NCBI GenBank assembly: GCA_040954595.2
Contig: CM082579.2
Location: 3,957,227-4,021,226 of the forward strand
Origin: Balanoglossus misakiensis
Lineage: Eukaryota > Animalia > Hemichordata
Length of the DNA: 64,000 nt
Reading direction: 5' to 3'
Part shown: in pieces, positions 49,638 to 60,800 of the stretch
How positions within the stretch are numbered: the first letter of the stretch is position 1
How the letters are laid out: each line of letters opens with the position of its first letter
Notes under the pieces: model-generated
Databases searched by the model: none
What the model was told of the DNA's origin: nothing
What the model saw: only the letters and a program-made list of their open reading frames with translations
Made by a program: the position numbers and the translations under genes

Positions 49638-52600
49638 TTATACATCATTGACAGTCTTGTAGGACTTCAAATCTTCTATTGTGATCACTTGACCAATACG
49701 TTCAATTTCACTGATGACGAATTCGAGATCTTCTTTGGTGGTCTTGGCGTTACTGAACGTGAATCGGAAGAAGTACGGAAGGTCACCGAGCGGCTGGTAG
49801 GAGACCAGTAGCGTGCCCTCTCTGGTCAACTTCTCCTTGACGATTTGTGCGACCTGGAGACAAAGCATTCATTTAAATTTTCACAGCGCGTGGCTTTACG
49901 GAAGTGAATTTAATTCCATTTACTCTATTTCAGATGTCGTTGTGTCTATGTTATTACTGCAATGCCCTATACCATTTCATTTTATTCGCAAGTGTTTGGA
50001 TAAAATAAGACCATGCACTCGGAAATGCTAGATTATTGCATATAAAAGCAACACTTGACTCACCTTTCCTAAAAGTGAATCGAATTCCTCGTTCTGCTCC
50101 ATATCCCGCATCGATGGAGGTATGTACCAGAAACAGATATTGGTGTACTCAGGCTGCGATAGATTAGAATAGACTGGCATTAACAACAAGACAATTAAAA
50201 CAATATAATTCAAAATAAACCCATGCATTCCTTTAACAAATAAAGTTGTGAATACATGTTTCAGAGAAATGAATGATGGAATTACGAGAAAAAAATTAGC
50301 AGGGACGGTAAGCTTACCTCTGTAACAAACTTGTAACCTTTTCTGTTTTTCAGCATTTGCAAAAGATATCTATATTTCGGGCGAGATGAAAATGATACGT
50401 TAGATTCGTTATCGCGTTACTCAATCCCACGTCATATGACTCGAACACCCACGTGATTTATTCACGTATTTGCATAACTGCCTGACATGACTGCGCGAAA
50501 CCTACGGTGTTTTCAACATATATGCTTCAACACAGACAGCCTGAGAATCTGATTTTAGCGTGGTGTCAATAATTCTCTCGAAATCGGAAATCGACGGGGC
50601 GTTCCGCTAAAATTTGGTGTCACCTTTTAACATTGAATGTGTCATGCGAAAGAAGAGTTTAATGTATGACCCTACCTGGAATTATCAAACTTGGTGTTCA
50701 TTTCTTCTTCAACTCCTAAAGTGCCCTTGGCCCTGAACATCAACCACAGTTTAAAAGCATCGACTTTGCGTCCACTTTGGTAGACTTTGTCGCCAGTGTC
50801 GTATGAAACATCGTAAAACTTGTCTTGCATGAACAGATATGTGGCGCCCGCAGAGTTTGCCTCGTGCATCAAACCGATCTAAATTAAAAGATGTGTACAT
50901 TTGCAAAAACAAACACATCGTCTAGCTGAGCATACTGTTTTGTGATAAAACACAGCTGCTAATCTCAATAGTTCTGACCTGAAAAAGGAGTCCCATTTCG
51001 AAACCTGAAAGTAAGTTATACACCGAGGTAGCCATGCGGTTAGAATCACAGAGTGGTGTCTTTAGTGTCCGCGAGTTCAACGACGCGCTCAGCCGGCGAG
51101 AAAAATGCACCAAGCAACGCGGATAAAAGGCGTGGAACTTACGTTATCATTCATAAGGAAGACCGAACACTGAATTGGGGCGCCCATCATTTTGTGCAGG
51201 CACCATGACACCGAGTTCGACCTGCCGACGTCTTTCAAGAGATGTCTCCACCGTCTGGACAACAGCGCTCCCCCTCCCCAGCAGGCCTTCGGGAGAGTGA
51301 AGAAAACATCTCATGTGATTAAAATCAGGTGCAGAGTTAGTATAGGCGCCGTCTTTACCTTTGCTGATCGTTTTGGTTGTTCTGTTCTCTCGGATGTATG
51401 TACGCGCGCGCCTGTATCCAAGAACAGACGGAACAGCGAAGAATCTGCAAAGGTATCGAGCCAACTCTACATCTGATTTTAATTTCAGCTCTGGCCAATT
51501 CACACGTTTCAATCATTTTCACACTTACACTTATCAAAACACTATACACATATCACATCACGATAAGGTGTACTCTGGACATATTAAAATCACACAATAG
51601 TTCCATTGTTTTACGAGTATTACAATCATCAATGCCAATAACGGTAAAAAATGGGCGTGTGCTGATGACAAAAATATACTTACGTCAGCATGAAGCCATA
51701 TCTCGTGCTTTTCACAGATGTCAGCAATCTTGTCCACTGGATCGAATGCACCCAACACTGTAGTTCCAAGGGTCGCATTCACAAAGAGTGGAACACTACC
51801 CTGTGGTGAAACAAAATACAAGTATGAGTTATATGCGAGCATTAGATTCAGATACAATTTCAGACGTCCAATGTGCGAAATCCGTGATGAAGGGTGGTTG
51901 GCTTAGGTCACATAAGCGCCAGTGTACAGGTGAAACGGTTGGGTGCCAATTGCAAATTGGTTAGATTTTTGTGTCAGGAATATTATTTCCAATTGTCAAA
52001 CACGACGAACTGGCCCCTGTTTCGAGTTCGAATGAGATACAAGAGCTCATGCAAAATGTAACCTAAACTCTGATTGTATAACAAACAGTATGATGTCTCG
52101 TTACCTCTTCCTTTGCTTCCACGATTTTCTTCTCTAATTCTTCAGCGATCATTTTACCCCTGAAATATTAAAAGTGGTGAGACACTTATAGCACCTGGAA
52201 CGGGTCGACTTTGGGTTTCCACTTTCCGTTGTTTATAGTGATGATGATTGGTGGTAGTGGTGGTGGTGGTGGTGGTGATAAGATTTGAAGTCTTTATTAA
52301 TTACCTATCATCACATTTGATGGAAATCACATTGTCCATCCCAATTCCAAGAAGAGCGGCGCCTTTCTGCATAGAGTAGTGACACTGAAAATGGAGAGAA
52401 TTCAGAGGTTATCCTTTTCAGTGACCAAGATGATGACAATCGGAAGTGTTTGCATCTCGCCTCTGAAATATTATGTGTCTGAATTTCAAAACTGTGCGCT
52501 ATTAACTATATTGACTATTACTCACTTGTTCAGATGTAAATATGATCAATCTTGGTAAACCAAACAATCCCTTAGATTTGACTTGCGCTCCGTATTTCTT

Positions 52601-55046
52601 GAATCTTGCCATGTTCATGGCATACATGTTGGCCATTGAGCCGCCTGTAAACAAACGATGTTTAAATAAGAGTTTTTGGGAAGTGAAAAATTCGGGCTTT
52701 TGTAACTGAAAACCAAGACATCGCTTGCCAATATATATATTTCCATATCTGATCCCATAGACAGGATCGGTCCCGCCAGCGACAATATTTCTGTGGCGGC
52801 AACTATCAAGTTTAATAAAGTGTAGGTGACACGCAGGTTGGTTGCACGCAATTCTTGCCATTTTTGGTTAGCCCAGAGACCAACACAATTACGCCACGGC
52901 CAGCCATGAAATACATAGTCAAGATTAAACCAGTGAAATATTGAAAGGAAACTCTTATAATTACCTGGACAGAAAATACCGTCTCCTGTCTTGTAGCCAA
53001 CGTAGTCAATTAGTCTCTTAATGACAGCGTCTTCCATCAGCGAAAACACCGGAGCGGCTTCGAAAGTGTATCTGAAATAACAACACGGCAATCGTACAGT
53101 TAACCAGGGGTGGGTGATGGGAAATACACATATTCAACCAAAAAGGGAATTTTAACGTGGGGTACAGTCGATTGTCGGAGGGTGATGAGTTTGGGGACTC
53201 GGAAGGGGCAGATCCACAAGCACGATTGGTTTTCTTGAGGATTCGCGGTGTTCAATTTGACCTGTCGTTTTGTAAATAGATGTTTTATCGAAGCCTGTTC
53301 TCTCTGATTCATAATTACACCGCTTAGACAAAAAGTCGCAACCGTTGGTGGTGGCAAGCACCATCGTAAACCACGATCTCTTTGCGGCAACAGTTTCTGC
53401 GTTGTCTGTGGAGCGGGGGCCAGCTGACTGTGGATCCGCGCTCGAATGAGAAAAAGCCTCAGTAACAATAGGTACACCTGTGTACTTACGCAGACGCATT
53501 GATGCAATCCGTGAGCCACTGACCAAACAGGCCGTAGGAATCCTGACCAGAGTACAGCAAATTGTAATATCTTGGGTTTGCTGAAATATGCAAAACGGGT
53601 GATTTGTGGCGATTGCAATAGCGCAGTGTGAGGAAAAAAAATTAACACGTCAATAAATTTCCCTTTTTCCAAATCGCTCTTTCATTCCCCCATTTTTATT
53701 CTCTACATTGGCATGAATTGTCCCGTATCCACAGAAAGTCGCGATTACGTTTTCAGGGGAAAGAGTGTGGTAAATCTGCAGTCCTGTACAGAGATAGTGG
53801 CTTTCAGACATTACCTGGTAGAACACTGTATTTAATCACATCTCGGATCACTTGTAGTAACTTCTCCGAATCGTATCCTTTCTCACCTACACCGAAGTCG
53901 AATAATTCTTTAATTTCGTTGGGGTCGCGGTATTCCACAACTGCAATGGAAGAACACAACAGACGATATTTTATTGGCGTATACGTAGCAGTACATGTCA
54001 AAACGTGCATTCTGTATAAACGGGCATGATTCCATTTATGTTGTTTTAAAACGAGATTTCCATCAAATATCTCCGAAATAACCCATTATATCAAATTTTA
54101 GATCAGCTGGTATACCTTTTCTTCTACGATCACGTGCTTTGACAACGCCCTCTTTGAACATGACGTCGATCGCATCCTTGAGAAACTTCACATCTTCGGG
54201 CAATTCTGCCATGTCGATTTCAAAATCATCGACTAGTTCATATTTTCCACCGTCGCCGCGGACTGAAGCATCACCTGTAGTCAGAGAAAATAAAAGGAGA
54301 TTTCATGTGTACTGGGAATATTGCGCAATTTCTAGAACGGAGGGATGCAAGTTTTGCCGTGTTACAAAATACCATGTTCATTTCCCGCACCGGTGAAATG
54401 TGCACCGATATAGCTTTCGGCCAGACAGATTAAAAGTTCTAGCACTATCGTCGTGTTTTGTATGGTTTGTATGTGACGCGAAACTAGGTCACAAGTCGGC
54501 AGACGGTATTTTATGGACTGGCGTGGTCGGTGCGTGAAGGAGTCTGACATTGGGACTACGGCCATTTGCTGAGGATCTCGGTAGCGAATAACATTTCACA
54601 GGTGTCACCTGGTCGGAATTCAAAGAGGTGTGGGCCTACCATTTGTGTGATGGTGAAGGGTACACCCAAACCACAGTCCCTCCGTGCCTAAACGCAAAGC
54701 TTATTTAATATGTCAAAGTTCATTGCATATTGCAGTTTGTATGGGAAAGTTCTTCGGGGATCTTCTCTTGGTAACTGCTCGAAAAATGCACCTCAGTCAT
54801 TTTATACTGATACACAGCTGCATTTTTACGCTACAGGAAATTCGTTCGTGCTCAGCGTACGCGAAAGTACATGTGCACACCACAATGCACGAAGAAATAT
54901 TCCGTTTATTTGTGAAGTTTATAGCACCATTCACCTCCCATGCAGGTAGGCCTAAACACAAAATACAACATACTCACGGGTATTTAAAATTCAAATAGTC
55001 TAGGCCCTATCCTCATGCTTGGAAACTTACCGCTCTTCTTGTCCAT
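49638..55046 (-). CDS. Group II PLP-dependent acidic amino-acid decarboxylase (CSAD/GADL1/GAD family), 14 exons
   Basis: Exons 55031-55046 (MDKKS), ~54116-54274, ~53815-53940, 53490-53580, ~52965-53071, ~52526-52644, ~52304-52385, ~52105-52159, ~51684-51800, 51143-51286, ~50676-50878, ~50318-50369, ~50064-50153, 49638-~49853. Motifs: YTFEAAPVF, GDGIFCPGGSMANMYA, CHYS, GTTVLGAFDP, WLHADACWGG, HKMM (PLP Lys), YLFMQDKFYDVSYDTGDK, FFR. Confidence 0.92.
51323..51478. mobile_element. 156-bp MITE with TTAA target-site duplication in a decarboxylase intron
   Basis: TTAA-AATCAGGTGCAGAGTT ... AACTCTACATCTGATT-TTAA (16-bp TIR, 2 mismatches), plus an inner inverted pair tacctttgc/gcaaaggta. Confidence 0.75.
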
Positions 55047-55672
55047 AATTCACTGTATTTCCCCCTGGGTGTTTTGTTTATACAATTCCCCTTCGTTCCT
55101 CGACAGCGACTGGTTGTAAAGACGCTTACTCACTGAGAACTCGTCTAGGGCCTGATGCCGATCAGCTGGCGCAAGGTCGAATGATTGAGTAACTTATAGG
55201 GGGCCTATGCGTTCAGCGTGGGACAATGCACACCCAACTAGGGGAGACAAAAATCACCTGTCCGCACGCACTGACCTGTTTTCGTACTGTTCATGACCAA
55301 TCCACTCATATCTTTGACCCAAATACGTTTATCAGTTGAGACATATGATTTATGCCGTCTCCCAGAGTCAAGAAAACACCCATTCACTTCAATAAAATGA
55401 CCGAAATCTGAGGTCACTGATACACTTGTTATATCTTTTAAGACCAGGTAGGCCTATACGAGCATGGAGCGAAACAGACTTTGCCTAGAAAGATGCACAT
55501 TATTAACAAGATGAGAACTTTGTGATTGTCTTTAAAATATCTGGCTCTCTCACGCTCAACAAATGATGGGTTGATCTCTGGTCTTTTGTAGTATAAAATG
55601 ATACTGTACTATACTAGGGCAAACCATGACACAGCCAGTCTCAAATGCCTGTTAATCCATACATCCATTCAA

Positions 55673-55759
55673 TAACCTCCCTCGTTTCACCACCATGGTT
55701 TGGTCCAAATCAGTGTTTTCTATGATAAATTTGGACCTATACAAAGGGAAAGGGGTTGA
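55673..55759 (+). mobile_element. ~85-bp MITE-like repeat, copy 2
   Basis: ttcaccaccatggtttggtccaaa...ttggacctatacaaaggg...ggggtt aligns by eye with copy 1. Confidence 0.65.
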
Positions 55760-57888
55760 CTGCAACTGGTGAATATTATTGCTATTCCAGTTTCCACTGA
55801 ATTAAATCTCATTTTATTTTGACAAACTTAGCATCTTTAAAAAAATGAAAATATCACCTGCTCAGGTACACGAACAAGTAAAACATGGTTCATTGAAGAT
55901 TTCCACTCCACAGATCATGTTTATATACATTTGTATACCTGACAAATTAAAAAACCGGCCAATCAAGTACATCGCATGTCGCCCCGATCCCCCATGAAGT
56001 ATACTACTGTGCTGACAGCAAAAGGGCGCCCTCTCTTGTTGAGGCGCACATTTCTTTAAAAAATCATCCTATGACAATAATCGCATAGGCGCATGCACAC
56101 ACACATACAGTGGAAGAAGAGAAACCAGCCGAAAACACAAAAGTACATACAGCGTTGTAAGTTTTTATTGGAGATACAAAAAAGAAATATGACACTGCTT
56201 GTTTTCCAGTCTCAAAAAGTAACATTAAAATCTTGAAATTCATAGAATTCTTGGTCTCATGTATAATTCTCAACCATGATAACAGTCATTTTCAAACTAC
56301 ATGTACCAGTTCGCAGAGAGCTACATGCAGCTCCATATGAGAGGGGATCTGTTCGTCTCCAGATCAATCCCACATTCATTTATCTAGTACGACTATCCCA
56401 TCATTTTTGAATGTTGCAAGACAGATGGGAATATTAAACAAGGAAGAGTGGATGAATTGACTTCAAATTTGATTTTGTAAAAGAATGCTGTAAATATCGG
56501 AAGTGAAAAAATCGTGGAAGTCTCCTTTGAATATAATGGAACAAACTGAAACCTGGCAATAAGTTTTCATAAACCATTATTTTTTTTTGTCTGGTTGAAA
56601 CTACATATACATTCTCTGAAAATGAAGGCTGATATTCTTCTGAGCTAGCTCTGGTGTGATTACTGGAACTATATACAATCCATTGGCATAAAGATTTGAT
56701 GACTCAAAATCGAGTAAAATTCTCAAATGATGCATAAACACATCCAAGTATTCTTGCAGCCGTGCCTTCATCTTTTTTTTAAATACAGAAAAATCAGACA
56801 CAGTCAACTAACGCTACTTTCCTAGTCAACTAAAGCGGTAAACACTGTACATTAAAGGGGGGAGGGCTGCAAATAATATATAAACAAGTGATAAATCTCG
56901 CACAACACGACTTCTGAAGCCACATAATTAAAAAGCAAAATAAAGTTCATAAGCTCTTTCAAAAAACTTATCAACACTAGTGGTGTGCACACACAAACAC
57001 AAAGTCACACACTAAAACACGTTGCACATTTACACAAATACATCTATAGTTTATTTTTTTCCCTGCTCTATTTGTGTTTTTTTTTCATAATAAATTATGA
57101 GCTATTACTATTGACAATTTTGACGGCCTACATCTAACATGACCACAACAGTGGGATATGCTACCTGTACTACAAACTTGTAGGTATTCTTCTAGACAAT
57201 TCAGCGAAAAAAATCTCTCGAAAAAATTCTGAAATCAAACTAGTAAAATCAGCACCTTTGAAAATAAAAAGCAAGTCGCGTCTCAATAACAGAGACAATA
57301 CATACTGATAATAACCTGATTTACTCTTAGAATATCTACACCCCTATGTGCATAGTGGCAGAACCCACCTTCCCCTGTTCAAAACTCTGAACACTGGACC
57401 AAACCATTCAAGAACAGGTTAGTATCCCGTTGAAAACATAACCGTTTCCAAAGAGATTCAAATTTATTGTACAAGGAAAAAAATATCTTGAAAATCGTTA
57501 AAAATCAGTGGAAAAGGGAAGCATTAGTTACATTCATCCTCAAAGGCCACTTTGTGTTTTAAAAAAGGTACTTTTTGGCATCCATTTTAATTCAAGTCTT
57601 CTACCTTTTAGGCAGTTTCTTAATATAGTTATAGCTTGAGATCTGTACAAATCCCGGAAGAAGTCACTTTACAAAAACTAAAAGACATCACAAGTACAAG
57701 GTAACTTCTGTCAGAAACTCGCTGACTATATAATCGGTTAACAACTCCCACTGACAAAATACTGTTGAATACAACAAAGTGATAGTCGAGTATAGGCTAG
57801 ATTTCAGTAATATATATATTATCTTTTTTCTTTCTCTCTCTATGTAAATAAGTATGGCTTTGGTAGGAAATGTACAAGACCCTGTGAA

Positions 57889-60800
57889 TCAGACCTCAGT
57901 GTGCAAATTGGAAAGATTGTCATCGCCACTCTCATAATCGCTCAAGCCCATCTCCGAGTCCGGCTCGCAGAGACCGGACACGTCCGAGCAAGAGGCGTTT
58001 GTGGAGTAGACAGAGATCGACAAATTATCCATGTTGGACACGGAGTGCTCATAGTCGGCATTGTATTCGCAACCATTGCCATACTCATCGTCTAGACCGT
58101 CCTGGGAACGCTGGTTGCCCGGGCGCCGGCCGCCTCCCAGGTTGCTGCGGTAACCGGGCGGCGGGCCGTACATCTCTTGCGAGTTCCCGTACATGTCCTG
58201 CGACGTCTGTGAATTGCTGTAACTATGGTGCGGTAAATACTGACTGGGATGCTGGCTGTACAAATTCTCCCTGTGCCGGTAGCTGTCGTAATTACTGTCC
58301 TCCGGATGGGGAGGTGGGGGAGGGGGTGGCGGGGGAGGGTAATTCTCTAACTGTCTCTGGAAGTCCTCGGCATTGTGCGAATATGAAATATCGCTGGGGT
58401 CTTCGGGATAGTCGGTGTCTTCTCCCACGTACTCATCCTCAATGATGAAATCATTCACGTTCGACTCCGTCGGTGAATCCGGCACTTCATACTGCGGTAA
58501 CTCCGAAATCTCCGGAAGGTTGTCCGGGGGCATCCAATCCGTACAATCCCAGTGGTAGCCTATCAAACAAGACAATAAACAGAAATAATCCACTACTTGC
58601 AGATTTTCGTGGCATGCACTATATATTCACATTTTGACCTCTGGCAAGATAGTGTGCACATCCAATAGGATCTCAGCCCATTTCATCCCCTATTTGCTTC
58701 TGTCGAGGTCCAACTTCACTATGAAAGAAATAATGGAATTGGACCAAACCATGGTGCTGAAAGGGTAAACGTTCTCTCACATACATAGCATAAAAAAAGA
58801 TATCTGAACTGTCCAGAAAAGTTCATTTTCATAATTATGGAATATGGATGATGTCTTGAAGATCATATAAATCAGCCGTTTGCTCTGAATCATTTTGTCT
58901 ATTGTTTTACATAATGACTATTTTGATTTTCTTCTCAAGTGCTATTCTGTGAAAAAAATCAAAATATTAAAGTTTTGCTCATGGACTTACATACACAGCT
59001 TGGTTTGGAGAAAACATTGATAGGAAAATAATTTAGTGTAAATTTCTTTCCTTTGTTTTAAAAGTAAATATGCCAAAAGGTCATCAAGTCACCACAAGTA
59101 ATTAAACATGCACATACCAATGATAAATAATAATAATGAAAATAATTTCATTAGCTAGAGACTTAGACTAGTAAAATATATACATCATAACTATAATACA
59201 TCGATAGGTAGCACAAGCATTATGTAATGTTTGTTTATTTGTTTGTTTGTATGTGTAACCATGGTATTCAACGGTAGCTGCGATGAGAAGAACACATGAT
59301 GTGACAAACAAATCGGATGTAGACATGCATACGGTTAATCGCACCCGAAAACCCCAAGCACATAAATGAAATACACATATGGATATCACATGGAAGTTAC
59401 TCAGTTGGTTGGAGTGACTGACATGCATTTATACACAATGTAACATTAACTTTCTTCTTCTGGAATTTTACTTATACATGTAAATTCTAAGTGACAAAAG
59501 ACACCATATACTTGTACATGATTACCCGAAGGACGTGTTCACAGGGAGCAGACATTGTTACTAGGATTAGGTGGTTCATCGTCTATACCTTTCTGCTGTT
59601 GGGGTGCTTTAATGTGGAGAGAGTTTGTTTTTAAATTAAGTACATAAGCGGCATTGGCAGCACAAAGGAAGGAGAGAGAGAAAAAGAGAGAAGAGATTGA
59701 GGTGTTAGCACTGTGTTTAATATTTGGGTCGATAATGATACATTATATCTAGAATGGGTTATTCAGGGTAGAATGCTGTTCTTGGAATGGGAATGTTCTT
59801 GGGCATGGGTTGGTAAACTTTAAATTCTATCGGGCAATATCACAAGAAAGGGATGCATTATGTTCTGTTTTTCGTCATACTTCACGTTTCACTTTAAAAC
59901 CGCATGCGAGGAAATAAGCAGCCCTTACGTGGGATGTTCCTTAACATCGAAGTGTCACAGTTCTCGGTGCACTGGTGAATTTTCCCTCTTTGTGAATGTG
60001 ACTTACTACAGAATACTACAGAAAATGAAGGAAAGAGATTGCGATAGGAAAAGATGCTAACCAGGCTGTTTACGTTTCTTATGTGCTTTGGGCTTGTTGG
60101 TGCGATGGATGTAGACTGTCTGGTGCGTATCATGGAACTCCGTCATGGTCTCCAGGGGCTCCTCCGCCCCCATGAAGGGATTGTCGGCAGCGTCCACATC
60201 GTCGTCGGTCTGGCATTCGGCGTCGGCCTTGTCTCGGCCGAGCTGGCTCGATTCGCCGTCCGACCTGACCGACTCTACATCGGATAGATCACAGTCTGCT
60301 GCTGTTGTTGTTGTTGTTGGCATGAGCATGTTCCCGGGGGTGTCCGTCTCACACTGGGAGGGCACAGCATCACAGAAACTGACGTCGTGGCATACCCTCG
60401 GCACATTCTCTTCCACCGCACCATCACTGGCTAAATTTGGGGGTTCTTTTTGCTCGTCACGAGGGGAGGCGTTTTGCATAGAGTTATTGTTATCGTGATC
60501 GTTGTTGTTCATCAGATCAAGTTTGGCACTTTGATTGGGATTTGGGTTTGGGCAGGCCTCAACAAATGATGGCCCCGATGCCTGTACGGGAGCCACCGCC
60601 GGGCCGATGGCGGCCGCGGCAATGTCTTGCTCAGAGCAAGAACTTTCAACGTCAAAATTTGTCACTTGCGGTGGCATGTTAAAGCGCACACATTTGACCG
60701 ACGACGGGGGTGCGTCTTTGTAAGTGGATGTATGTTTGTCACACTGGTTAGCTTTGAGGCTCAGAGAAGACTTGCGTTTTGCTTTGTCAGTGTCAGACCT

